Shown in pieces: positions 42,479 through 56,932 of a DNA stretch of 64,000 bases. The number at the start of each line of letters is the position of its first letter. The first letter of the stretch is position 1. Location: assembly GCA_012295275.1 (NCBI GenBank), contig CM022678.1:15748001-15812000 (forward strand), read 5' to 3'. A model generated the notes under the pieces. It saw only the letters and a list, made by a program, of their open reading frames with translations, made no database searches and was not told where the DNA came from. This DNA is from Chrysomallon squamiferum. Lineage: Eukaryota > Animalia > Mollusca. Position numbers and translations under genes: made by a program.

Positions 42479-42509
<31 letters not shown>

Positions 42510-42909
42510 AAGAAGAAGAAGAAGAAGAAGAAGAAGAAGAAATAATGATAATAATAATAATAATAAGAAGAAGAAGAAGAAGAAGAAGAAGAAATAATGA
42601 TAATAATAATAATAATGATCATGATGATATTCATGATTTAAAAGTCTTTTTTTTTTTTTTTTTCATGTTTTAATTACACCTGTTTCTGAAATAGCAGTGT
42701 TTTTTATTTTAGTTTAGTTTTGACCTAACATTACGATCAATGGTAAAATACCGGTACAACTACACTGAAACAAACCAAGTAACTCACTTGAAAAATGTAC
42801 TGATTAATACCGTGTCATCAGATTTACACTGTGTCATAACATACATTCATATTATAATATATTATATTATTATATGAGAGAGAAAGAGAGAGACAGAGAC
42901 AGAGAGAGA

Positions 42910-43006
<97 letters not shown>

Positions 43007-43478
43007 TATGCTTGGCTATCATCCACTTACCGCTTTGGTTGTAGTCCACAAAGTAACGCACGCTAAACACAGTACTCCTATTATAACTAGTCTGTTCCGG
43101 ATCTAATGAATATTCATAACTTTACAGTGAATGATAGCTGATCATTCACAAAACGAGGCTAGTAAAAGCAAGTTTTGATCCGTTTTCGCAATCCGAAACT
43201 ACGCAATAATGATAGATGATATTTGTTTTAATATTTATCCAAAAAAAAAAAAAAAAAATGATATTAATAATAATAATAATAAAACAATAAATGATAAAAG
43301 GTTTTGTGAAACACAGAAAGAGTTAAAAGATTTCAGGGACACATTTGCTAACAGTTTGTTTAAAATATTACAGGTAGCTCTAACTTCACTATTAATACTT
43401 TTATTTTTTTTCTTCTCCAGGATTTTGCGAAATGGTTGAGTAATTTTTATTTCGCAATATACCTGCGTACCTACCTCT

Positions 43479-43512
<34 letters not shown>

Positions 43513-44038
43513 AACTGAACTGCTACCGTTATAATAAGCTTAGAATCAGTCATAATTAACAATAGCAACATAAGAGACAAGACCAATGAAACACATTTTT
43601 CTTTTCTTGTATTTCTTCTTTTTTTTTTTTACTTCAGAGTATCTTATTTCTCTTCAGGTAAACGTGACTATCTCAATTACATTTCGTCATCACATTACTA
43701 AAGTCAAACTAATAAAAAAAATAATAATAATAATAAAATAAATAAATAAAAAAGATGTATTGGACAGAATCCGTGAACAACTTCATGCATTTTTTTGGTT
43801 TTTTCCACTCTTGTTTTATTAGTCAAGAGCAAAGAGAAGTTATCTTGGCAATCGTATCTCTGAGTAATCAATTTTTTTTTTTTTCTTTTTTTCTTAGGAC
43901 CTCCCAGTTGAAGAGATTTATTGAGATTTGAGATTGAAAAACGGTTAGTGCAGGAAGAGATAAAGAAAAATCAAAGCGACACAAAGAAAAAAATACAAAT
44001 AAACAGTTAGAAAGCCAACTATTCGACTTAGTTCAGTG

Positions 44039-44137
<99 letters not shown>

Positions 44138-44717
44138 TTTTAGTGTCATCAAGAAGACTATTATCATCGTCGTCGTAGTCATTTTATTGCCATTATCTTT
44201 ATCATTATTTTTATAATCAGTTATAATTATTACATCATATTCGTTATCATCATCATCATCACACTCAACATCACAATTATCATCATCTTTATCATCATTA
44301 TTATTATTATTATTATTATATATTTTTTTATTATTCTACTTTTTTTCCACGCCACTACCTCAACGGCATAACGTGACCTGACCCGTTGATGACGTCAGAT
44401 GGCGTGACCTATCGGATGATTTTACATTTACAATCCATGTTTTATCACAGCATCTGATTTCTTTCCCTGACAATTGAACCAAAAAGAGGAGCTGGGTGGG
44501 GTGTGATAGTAACAAATGAACGACTGTTAACTGTCGTATAAAATAACTGTAAATCATAACATTATCCGTTTTGCGTGTTATCCTAAATCACTTAACCAGT
44601 AACCAGTTTCGTTAATATGCAATAGAAAGATATCACGTTTTAGGACTCGCATTTAGGATAATTGCATACATTGCTTTGCTCCTTTCTCCTGATTTAGAAA
44701 TAAATATTTAAAATAAT
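42320..44717. repeat. 66-bp direct duplication (42320-42385 and 44652-44717)
   Basis: TTTAGGATAATTGCATACATTGCTT(A/T)GCTCCTTTCTCCTGA(A/T)TTAGAAATAAATATTTAAAATAAT, two mismatches. Confidence 0.9.
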
Positions 44718-44723
44718 ATATGC

Positions 44724-44774
<51 letters not shown>

Positions 44775-45992
44775 CACACAAAGAGAGAGAGTTGGTTCAT
44801 AAACGAGTCAAAATGAAGAAAATGTGTTTGTTTTTTTGCGAAACACCAATTATTTATTTATTTCGCAATTCTTGTTCCTTTTTCCTTTTTTCAAAAATTA
44901 TTAATAGTAAAGTTAGAGCTACCTTAATATTCTTAACAAATTTATCCCGGATATCTTTTAATGTATTTCAGACTACCTTTATATATATATATCTATATAT
45001 CATTTATTGCTTTATTTTCCTCAATATATCAGTTTGATGAAAAATTTATCAAATTTTTACAAGGCTTTAAAGAAATCATTTATTTAACACGGACACGCAC
45101 ACACTTCAAAATAAATGAACCATTTATTTGATAATTTACTAAGAACTCGTAAATATGGTACTTAAGAACGCTGCATGTTGTATCCTATACTTAACTAACT
45201 GGAGATTAAAGATGTCATAAAGTTCTTTTACCAATATATATTGGAGCCGTGATAAAGTAAAAAGAACAAAACGTTGTTTGTTTATTTATTGTTGTTGTTG
45301 TTGTTGTTGATGTGGTGGTGGTGTTTGTTTTTAATTTTACTATTGTCAAATTAAACAAGTACATAAATAACTAAATATAGACAAACAAACAAATTAACTA
45401 ATCTTAATAACTGATAGTAAATAAATAAAACAATGCAAAATATATACTAAATTTTGTTTATTTATTAATTTATTTTTTTATTTATGCTCGTATGTATTAT
45501 ATAGTGAATAAAATAATTTGCTTATATTTATTTGTGTGTGTTATATTTATTTTTTTATTAAAAATAACATTGCACTATTATCATAGATTTTGTTTTAAAT
45601 GAATTTTATTTTTTATTAACTTTTTCGTTTGTTTTTTGTTTTAAAGACAAATAAAACCATCATTAATAAGAACAAAATTTACCACCATCTCAAGTGCATG
45701 TACAAAGGTAAACAGGTATACTTAACATAGAGTTTCACTACAAAGACATAGTAAATTAGTTTTATAACCTGACAGCATGCTCTTACAGCGTGTTCGTATC
45801 ACAGAGTGAAGGATTCAAACTGAATAAATCACTTTTAATTTCAATATTTGTAATCCATGTTAAAAAAAAAGAGAGAAAAAAAGAAAGAACAAGTTAAAAA
45901 ACCAACACACACGCACGTAAACAACAAGAAGAGAAAAACAAAATGTTTTCTTGTGTTAATAATAATTTATAATAATAATACATTCATTGATA

Positions 45993-46023
<31 letters not shown>

Positions 46024-46442
46024 ATTTGTTCGTTTGCTTGGGAGTTTTTTTAAAATTATTAAACAGATAAAAATACAGATAGATAGGTACTAGGTAGTTA
46101 GATTGAGATATAGACAGCAATGATAAATGAATGACAGATAGACGGATGAATTGACAAATATTTTATATGTATGAATGGATACATAAAATACAAGATAGGC
46201 AAAAGTATGTGCACAGATATAACAACAATAATAATGATTATAAAGAAGACAAAGAAGAAAATGATGATGATGACGATGACGGCGTGATGATGATGATGAT
46301 TATGATAACCATCAACAAAGTCTAAATTACAGAGAAACTTGTTATTTTATAACTTGTGGAAAATTATATTCAGCTGTAACTGGCTGTATAAATGAATATA
46401 AAAATAAATATAAAAATAAATAAATAAATAAATTCTACTTAC

Positions 46443-46500
46443 CATTAAAACATAGAATTAATTATTAAACATCATTTGAAATGGCGTTTATTCATCTCAC
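46443..46500 (-). other. Putative non-coding 5' exon of the ankyrin gene
   Basis: Minus strand TTTTTGTTTATTTCAG|58 nt|GTAAGT. Same strand as, and upstream of, the ankyrin acceptor. Confidence 0.5.
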
Positions 46501-46628
46501 CTGAAATAAACAAAAATAAATAATTCAATGACGTCATTATAAAGAAGTGTTAATACAATACAATTTACGTCACACAATACAAATGACGTTTTTCGCAAGC
46601 TTTTACGGAATCAAACAACTGAATGAAC

Positions 46629-46883
46629 GCAAGGGTGGATACAGGATTTCAGGAAGGTGCGGTGTTATAGTTATTGTTTAACTATTGTTCTATATTCGAC
46701 GCCACATTATCTTTAATAATAAAGAAATATATTAAAAATGTATAATCAATAAGTAATATGCATTAGCGCTAAATTTTTATTGTTTTGTATATAGATATTT
46801 ATGTATGTGCGTTTTTGTGTTTGAAACAAACGTAAGGAAACGCATCTATTTCTCCATCCATAATATTTCTGGATCCGCCGCGC
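46629..46883. mobile_element. Possible decayed MITE-like element
   Basis: Imperfect terminal inverted repeats GGGTGGATACAG...CTGGATCCGCC about 250 bp apart; no clear target-site duplication. Confidence 0.3.
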
Positions 46884-46911
46884 CAAGGGAAAAAAAGTAT
46901 TAATTTATTTT

Positions 46912-46964
<53 letters not shown>

Positions 46965-48952
46965 CTCTCTCTCTCTCTCTCATCAGTTAAATGACAATAA
47001 ATATAAATTTAGAAGGCTCATACAATGTATTATGTACAATAGTTTTTATTTTTATTTATTTATTTATTTATTTTATAAATATTAATTAACCTCGTTGTTT
47101 TCATTGCTGCAGATTTATTATTCCAGTCCTCAACATACACGGATTCCAACATGAATAATCAATAAAAAAACACCAATTCATTTCAATTATATTTTCGAAT
47201 CCTTTTAACATAACTTATAATGTCGTCTATAATATATATAAAAAAAAAAATAAAAAAAAATAAAAAATATTTCAGTTGCGACTCGTCGGATTAGTTACCA
47301 TGAAAACACATTTAAACAGTAAAATAATATGAATCAATGAGGATCATGCACATTACACGTCACAGACCTTTCGTATTTTTTTTTTGGGGGGGGAACACAC
47401 ACACACAACACACTTAAACCTATTTCTTTTTTATTTATACTTTTTATTATTTTTATAAATTTATATTCGATTTAATTTTATTTTATTTAGTTTCTTATTT
47501 GATGAAATGAAATTTATTTCCATCTTTATTTCATTCTTCGCTTTACTGCATTCTTCATTTTTCTTTTCTTTTACTTTATTTTACTTTATTATTGTTACAG
47601 GGTAAACATTATCAAACTCGATACACGAAGGTCCGTTTGTGAGTTGTGTCAGTGTGTGAGTCGTGTGAGTGTGACGCCATCATAGCGGGTAATCGTGACG
47701 TTTGTAACGTGTATCAAATATCCAAGACGTCAAGGTGAAATACGGATGACGTAAAAATACATTAAAAAAAAACTTAGTCATCGCAGACAAACAGAAACTG
47801 TGACAGTAAGGATCGAATTTCCTTTAAAAAAAAAATAATTAATCCAAAAATCTATCAACGTGTGGGTATCTATGTGTCAAACACGTCACTAATTCGCGCA
47901 CTGCTCTGCACGGTAGACTGATCTATAAAGAATGGTTTAAAGAGATGTAATTAGGACTAGAGGTTAATCGAACAGGGGAACAATGGTCAACTTAGGATTT
48001 AAACTGTACAGTAATTATATTTTGACTCGGTATGCAGATAACTGGGTAGGTAAGTGTACTTCTGGCTGATTACAGTTTTTGTTGACCTTCTCAAAAACAA
48101 AACTCGGCAAAGTACGTGATTTGTTTTACATACATGCTTAGAACTTAAAAAAAAAAAATAATAATAATAATAATTACTGAATTTATTTATTATTCTTACA
48201 TTTATTTATTTATGTATTAGTAGTAGCAGTAGTAGTCGTGGTGGTAACATTATTGTAATGATGTTAAATATTTGTAATATTAATAATTGTTCTTTATTGT
48301 TTTTGCAGTAGCAGTAGTAGTAATAATAGTAGTAGTAGTAGTAACAACATCAGCAGGACTAATAGTAGTAGTAGTAGTAGTAGTAGCAACATCAGCAGGA
48401 GTAATAGTAGTAGTAGTAGTAGTAGCAACGTTATTGTGTTGATGTTGTAATATTAATAATTGTTGTTTTTACAGTAGCATGAGTAGCGGTAGTAGTAATA
48501 GTAGCAGCAGTAGTAGCAGTAGTAGCTATAACATTATTGTGTTGATTATTAGATATTGGAAGTATTAATAATTATTGCTTTATTATTGTTTTTGCAGTTG
48601 CAGTTGCAGTTGTAATGGTAGTAGCAGCAGCAGCAGCAACAGTAGTAGTAATATATTAATCAAAGTTTTGAATTACGACCTCAGATGTTAATTATGTCAA
48701 GTTGTGATAGAATCAATTCACCAACATACGCCAATTCTGATATTTCCCGTTACACTCAATGCTCCTTAGAAGGTGTCAAAACTTATGGCATATATCAACC
48801 CAGGCGAAGATATACGTGAAAGAACCTTTGTTAAACGTCACTTACAGAACCACTACAGCGGGTTTCTTCTCAAATAAAATTTTCAACACCATTTACTGGG
48901 AGGGTATTATTAATAACAAAAACCATTCACTCGTTACGAACGACAAAAATAC

Positions 48953-49110
48953 TTGACCTCAATTGTTGATTTGATAGTATCAGTGCAACACCTGTATGAC
49001 CTTGAAGTCAAAGGGCATGTGCTGCTCACCAGACCGTGACGGTACATTAGCAGTTAACAGTCACGGATATCTAACTAATGAGTGCGGTCAATAACAGGTC
49101 ACTGACCTGT
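48953..49110. promoter_or_regulatory. Nuclear-receptor motif cluster (candidate enhancer)
   Basis: TGACCTTGA at 48997-49005, DR1-like AAGTCAAAGGGCA at 49005-49017, perfect IR1 AGGTCAcTGACCT at 49096-49108. Confidence 0.5.
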
Positions 49111-49408
49111 GAACACAAAGTAAACAACTCGCGTTGATTTGCTTAGTGAGAGAACAAAAACATTTAATTAAAAATGTTAATTAACTTGGTCCGTGTCCGC
49201 ACATGCTTGTACATCGTACAAGTGCGGCCTGTTTCCAGCACGACGATGTGGCTGGCAGACGATGGTGATTTGAGCTACTTCCTTAGCCGCGATAGATTGT
49301 GAGTTCAAAACTCCACACGTTACGGTATTTGTAAAACCTGAATAAGACAACTTTCTGTATTATTTTTTTACACACTGTCTCTGTCTCTAACTCTCTGGAT
49401 ATAAAAAG

Positions 49409-49481
<73 letters not shown>

Positions 49482-49597
49482 TTTTTATATACATTTAATA
49501 AACATAGGTGGAGTGACTGACAAATACAGAACTTCCATGTTTACTGGTTATTCAAATTTTTATGATTTTTCACGGTTCTAATTTTGTTGCTGCAGTT

Positions 49598-49690
<93 letters not shown>

Positions 49691-51825
49691 CATTTTGTTC
49701 TTCTTTTATAATTTTTATTATTGTTATCATCATCTCATTATCATTATCATTACTATTATTTTATAAATCATTTATAAGCATGTATTTTACCATTATTATT
49801 ATTATTATAGAATATCATCATCGTTATCATTATCATCATCACCATAATCATTATTAGTATCATCATGATCGTCATAATCATTAGCATCATCCTCATTATT
49901 GTCGCCGTTGTAAGTAAATCTTTTTCTCTGTAACAGCAGCAAATCAAACTATTTTACTTTTCGAAAATATTATTCAGAATTCTGTTATTGCCACGTTCAG
50001 TAACAACTCGTGACATTAAATATTATCTTACAGTCAGTTATTTAATAAGATTAAAATATACTGAGTTGTTATTAAATTAAACATTAACGATTCTTGCTAA
50101 CGTAGCAACTGAATAAACTGCATGTTTAAATCGCAGCTACTGCATGTCAGAATGACGTAACATTAATTAATAACCGTCGAATGAATTCGATTATATAAGG
50201 TAACATAGACTAAAGCGTAATTATAATCCCTGTTTTTCAAGAATCGGTGTACATGAGTTTGAGAATTTCTTTAAATAATATCTGTAAATAATCCTAACTA
50301 ATCGTCTCTCTCATTTTAAATATAAGTATGAACTTATTAAATAATGCTATTTTAAAATAATCTATCAGTTATATATATATTATCACAGCGATTGATCAGA
50401 AAGTTAAAATTATTAACTTAGAAAAAACGGATCCACAAACCGCTGAGTTTATACGTATTTTTAATATAATAATATAGATTATTACTGTCACTTTCGTATT
50501 TATTATTTTAATATTTGAAGAAAAATAGAGCCAGTGTTCTTTTGGAGAAAATTTAAAAATAATGATAGCTGTTTGTTTTATAAAGAAAACTGTGATAATG
50601 TTATTAGTTAAAGGTGCTGCTAAAATTAATTAGAATTAGAAAGAACAAAATAATAACTATAATAATGACAAAAACAACAATAATTATAATAAAAGTAACA
50701 ATAGCACAACAACAATAGTGATTGTATAACAACAACAACAATAACAATAATAATAATGACGACAACAAAACAATAATAATAGTGACAGTAAAAATAATGA
50801 CAACAACAGCAATAATTTCATTTAAAGTAATTATATATTAAAACAGTTTCTTTCTCCTACTGTAGTTCATCTCATAAGCACTGTATCACGCTTGTCTGTT
50901 TTGTTTCTTATTAATAAACCTTCCACTACACTTTTGTAGACATATATATATAAATAGTAACTAACTACGTACTATTAGCACTTCTATATACGTCATGTGA
51001 ACGAGCTTACGTACGTACGTGTGTGTGTGTGCGTGTGTGTGTGTGCCGTATATATCCTGTCTGCTATTTATAGTGGCTATGACGATATGCGGCAGGCAAA
51101 AATAAATAAAATATATCTGTAAAAATACACAGCCCGCGGTGATCAGTCATCTTAGAATGAAAGTTGTGACACGTCTGACAAAAGATAAAAGAAACATCGT
51201 TTAAAGAAAACAACAATCGGACGAAACGGTGCTGCGTTTGTTTACGGTGTTTCCATGGCGACCCAGACACAATTTTTGCTTAAGTGTATCTTTATTAGAT
51301 ATCGATATACCAGAAAACGCGACCTTGAATTACCATCCAGGACAACTGTTAATTGATCAATACATGAATATAATTTAGTATCTGAAAAAACCCTGCTTAA
51401 TACAGTATTCAAAGCCTCATTATAACCCAAGTATGATGAATCTGTATATTTGTTTGTATATGTAGATGTATATGTATGTATGCATGGACGTATGTATGTG
51501 TGTATATGTATGTAACTATGTATGCATGCATGCATGCATGTACGCATATGTATGTATGTATATTTGTGTGTATATATATAAAATATTATGTCTGTGTATG
51601 TGTATATATATATACATACGTAAACACATAAATACACATAAATATACATACACAAATACACACATATAACGATCCACACACAATAAATATACAATATAAA
51701 CATAAATAAACACACCCATTCATCAATGTCTGTGTGTGTGTAAATACTCATAATCTGATTTCAAGGCATTATTCTACGACTCAGTTAAAAAAGAAAATAG
51801 ACAAAAAGTTCAGTATATCTGTGTG

Positions 51826-51885
<60 letters not shown>

Positions 51886-53417
51886 TCAAATCAATTTCTA
51901 CTTGTTACGGTTTAATTCAAACAGAAAACGTGTGTTTCAGAAACTAATCTTACAATCAACAAACAGAGAAGACAATACTGTGTTTTTCTAGTTAACCTGT
52001 ATTTAAATAGATAACAAACTAAATGTTCCGTATCATTTACAATGACAATGTGAGTATCTCCGTTTTACGATTAAACTCGGTGATCTTTAAACCTGTATAG
52101 AAAATTGAAAACTAGCCTAACAACAAACTTCAAATATCTCTGTAATTAAATAAGTACGCATATTACGTGATGCAGTCTTCAGTTTAAACGCTGCCTCGCA
52201 AACAGAACTATACTTACACAGGTTAGTCACGTTGGGAAACATTTCAACCAGTCTGAAAGGAAAGGTTATCGTATCAAACTGACATGTGTTTTTCGGCAGT
52301 TAGGAAACTCGAGGTCGCAGGGATTATGCCACAGAGTGAAATCGTTCCTGACACAGGTTATATGACGTTGTCGCATGCCGCCGGGGACGGGCAGGGGGGG
52401 GAGGTGTATTATTATTAAACTAATAAATAAATAGATGAGTGGATGAAAGAATGGTCTGATGGATGGAAGGAACGATATTTGCATGGACGTATGTATGGAT
52501 GGTTGGATGAATGAAAGAAATAATAGTCGAAGGAAGGAATTACAGATGGATGGAAGGATGAATGAAGGATTTTATACACGAAGGTATGTCTTTAATGAAT
52601 TAATGAATGTCTTTAGCTACATGATTTAGTTTTAATCCGTTACTGACAGAATAACTTCTATACAATAATGAATGGCACTATATGTTATATTAATTTATAA
52701 TAAATATATTTTCTGTGACCAATCAAAAACCTCATTGCATAGTTTAACTATGTAAAAAAATGAATATGTATAATAAAAAAACAATAACTATAATAATAAA
52801 ATGATAATGATGATGATGATGATGATAATGATTATGATTATAATAAAAACAAGAACAGCAATAACAACATCAGTAATAACAATAATGAAAGAATAACAGT
52901 AACAACAATAACAGTATCACGAAATAACCATACAACCAACGCTGAAGTATTCTACAAATTTAAAACAGTTTCTAAATTAACCATTAATTATTTTTTCACA
53001 CCTCTTAGTAAACCAGTTTAACCTTAATTATATAACTCCATCTTACAGTACTGATGATCGATTATAATGGAAGATATTTAGCTATTTTTCTTTGGATTTG
53101 AGTGTCGATTAATTTCGAATTTTGTGATGTCATAACAACACGGTGTTATATCGAATAGAATATTATGTAACAACAAATAATATGAAATATTAGCGACAAC
53201 TGTGAAGTCATTAAGGATGAGTGGAATTACAGTTTAACACTACTGCCACAAACATCATCACTACTAGAACTACTACTACTACGACCGAGTCTAATTGTAC
53301 AGCTACTCTACTTTTACTGCTACCAGAACTACCACTACTACTATTGCTATTGTTACTACCACTATTACTACTATTACTGCAACTATTATTACTACTACTA
53401 CTACTCTGCTACTCCGC

Positions 53418-53451
<34 letters not shown>

Positions 53452-53864
53452 GAAAATAAATTAATAAATAAACAAACAAATAAATAACAAAAGAAAAACA
53501 AAACAATCCGGTCACCCGAGAGACTCAGTGTTACAGCACTCAAATCGGTAGCCAGTAATAACTTTATATTTGTAATATCACCACAACAGCAAACGAACAA
53601 GCGGGTGCTACACACTCAAGTATTGCTCTAATGTGTTTCATGTCACAACGTGGCTGCAGATACACATTCAACTGTAGACCTCATGGTAAACAGAGTTTAG
53701 CCTTCGTACTTAATGTTCTTTGTGCTGGGCCGTGGTCGGTTCAAAGTTTCGTGTCCAGAAACCGTTTGAAGAATGGTAAATAAGACCATTAACGGATCCA
53801 TTTACGATCCATGGTTGTCGGGTTTCGAAAAGTTCTGTCGCAAAACCATTATATTAACTGTTGC

Positions 53865-53899
<35 letters not shown>

Positions 53900-54667
53900 T
53901 CTCCAAACCGAATATTTGATTGGTGTTGATATCAATAAATAAAATCTCGTTAGTGTAAATGTAAGTCTGTTACAGTTATTCCGAGTCGGGCGTGTCCAGG
54001 CTAGACACACTTTAATCTTGGTTGAGTGTCGCAGTTTTATCGTTATCGAAACTGAAGTGGCTGATAGTGTAAGATAATCTGGTTCCCGTTAACAGTTTAT
54101 CAGACAACTTCCTGAACGGGCGAGGATGGCAGGGTGACCTGTAGCATAGAAGCGGTGCCGAACACGTACTTCTCGTAAAAGTCGGCGCTCTTTGACAGGT
54201 GTATACGTGATAGTGTGTCTATGAGGGTTTCTTCTCTGATTACCTGTATGACCCTTCGCAAAATGTCAGAGCCACATAGCCGAAGATAAAAACGTGTTTT
54301 AGTGCGTCGCAAAATAAAACATTCCAGTTTTTTCTAACTGCTATATCTTAACTTACGTCCTTGCAATACATTTGTGTGTGTTTGAGTGCGATTTTGTTAG
54401 TTTATCTCGTACTTTATTATTATCAAAGAATGGTGGCCTTCAGCATTGAAAAAAAAAAAAAATTAAAGAAAAAAGTAAATAGAAAAGAAAAAGAAAAAAA
54501 AGAAGAAAAAGAACCTAACTGGAAATATCAAGAGTATCGATAAATTATTTGCATGTAAACTTCAATAAGCAGTTAAATACCAATGACAAATAACAAAGTC
54601 CCTCGTCATAACTATAACATTACACTCACACACCCATAACATACATGCACACATACTAACATGCACG

Positions 54668-54815
<148 letters not shown>

Positions 54816-55065
54816 AGAGAGGAAAACGCATTTTATACTGTTAATGGATACGTGCAGCATCACCGCCTGTGTAAATAGCTTTGTTATTTACCAGCCACTT
54901 GGAAGAATAAAAAATGTATTTAGCTATTTGTTCTGTTCCGCACACACTTATATTCGTTAAACGAATCTCACTAATTTTAAATGGCATTGATTAAAGCAGT
55001 AATACTCACTCTATTGAATACATCTGTCACTCGCGTTGTTTTGTTCCACAAGTTAAATTTCATTG

Positions 55066-55099
<34 letters not shown>

Positions 55100-55883
55100 T
55101 GTGTGCATGTCTGTGCTGTTTGTAGGCTGTATATATATATTAAAAAATACACATACACACACACGATATGTGGGTGTGTGTCTACTTGGTTGTTGCTCTA
55201 CTCATGTTCATGCGTGGGGTTACATGTGGGTGTAGTGTTGTATTGTGTTTTTGTGAGTGACAGCTCACGCACTCGTGTTTTAGTTTGTGTCCCTGGCGAT
55301 CTGAAGTCAGTGACAAGATACTGAGATCAAATCGTGATTATTTGAAATTTGTTGTCAAGTAATTTGTATCTGATTTGTAAGGAAATTGAATTTATATTTA
55401 AACATAGCTACACTTAGCAATTTGAAAAGGAAAATAAATCTTATCTCTTGATTGTAAATGGAGATATAAATAGTCGTAAATGAATATAAAGACACAAAGT
55501 ATAAACAAAAACAAAGACAATGACAATATACTATTAATAACAATAACAACCAATTATTATTATTATTATTATTATTATTATTGTAAATGATGATGATGAT
55601 GATCATGCCAATAATTATAATGGCGGTGGTGATGATGGTATGCATTTCATAGCAAACAGAGTCATTGTTTTCAAAAGGTAATTTTTCTATTGTTATCAAT
55701 TTCATACAGACTGAAAACATATGTTATAACTTTTGTTTTCTGTTTTCAGGTTTGGTTTTTAGTAATGACATTATTTACTTATATTATATTTTCTTTAGCC
55801 TCCAAACTTTACAGGCTATGCTGTACACTTTAAATCTGTTCCTAATTTTGTATTAATTAATTAATTAATTCTTCTTCTTCTTC

Positions 55884-55923
<40 letters not shown>

Positions 55924-56037
55924 TTCGCACAGTAAAAATGCGCTTCCTACCCATTCACGATTTGCAGCAAATAAATATAATTTTGATGACTAATTATTTA
56001 ATATAATATAATTATTATTATAATGCTATGTACTTAC

Positions 56038-56088
56038 TTATACAGTCATTTCTACTTCCAGCACTTCTCCAACGAGGGACGGCCAGAA
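56038..56088 (-). other. Putative internal exon, probably 5'UTR of the ankyrin gene
   Basis: Minus strand CTCGTTTTACAG|51 nt, GC-richer|GTAAGT. A further donor (CAG|GTACGT) lies at 56320-56321 beside a CpG-rich patch. Confidence 0.45.
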
Positions 56089-56321
56089 CTGTAAAACGAG
56101 GAAATATCCAGTGTCGTGGTTTTGTAACTAATTGCAAACATTTACATGTATTGTTAATGCCGACAATAAATCACCTTATCACAGCCACCTGACCGCGCGC
56201 TTAATCGCTTTCTTATTGATCTAATTAACCAATAAAACTCCCAACAGTTTTGAAACTAACACAATTATAAATAATAAAACCCTCCTCCCAAAAGTAAAAA
56301 AAAAAAAAATCATGAACGTAC

Positions 56322-56720
56322 CTGCACAATAAAAAGCCGACGTGAACCAATCGTAAGAAAAAAAGCGCACTCAAATTACGTCAGTGATCCCGCGTCACTT
56401 CTGTACATCTGCACGCGCCAGAAGTTAAGCAGAAGTGGATACGGTCCATGTTTTCCTGGAAACTGTCAAGCTAAATATCCAATAACATTCAGGGAAAGAC
56501 AGCGCGTTGACAAAACGACGATAAACTGTTGAAAAAACTCAACGCAGCAACTTGACCTAAATCTGTTGCAGTCTATTTTCCGCGTGTTAAAAAGTCGTGC
56601 ATATCCATATAACTATAACAACAACCTGTAACGCTACCGAACACGGACTTTCCCCTCTGCCTGAATATTTCGTTGTTTGAGTAACGCGGGAAATAGCAGC
56701 AGTCAAGGTGCTTGCGAAGG
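56322..56720 (-). promoter_or_regulatory. CpG-rich promoter-like region / possible first exon
   Basis: Local CpG enrichment, CCAAT, TTACGTCA and CGCGGGAAA (56685-56693), bounded by a minus-strand donor at 56320-56321. Confidence 0.35.
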
Positions 56721-56899
56721 GAAGTAAGTGAAGAAGAATATTGTTCAATAGAGTTTTTTTTTAATCTTTTTTTTTTTTTTTTTTTTTGTCACTTTTCTAT
56801 TTTTGTCAGAAAATTTCGTCTGCAGATATTTTAGTTTATTGTTATTACTATTTTGGAAGGAAGATGAATAAATAAATAAATATTATACCTCAAGTAACT

Positions 56900-56932
<33 letters not shown>

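Noticed and set aside
49170-49337. Possible minus-strand coding exon after TCTTATTCAG
   Set aside because: One ~53-codon frame is open but resembles nothing recognisable and has no clear partner exon.
52383-52404. G-quadruplex-capable G-run
   Set aside because: Single short motif with no supporting context.
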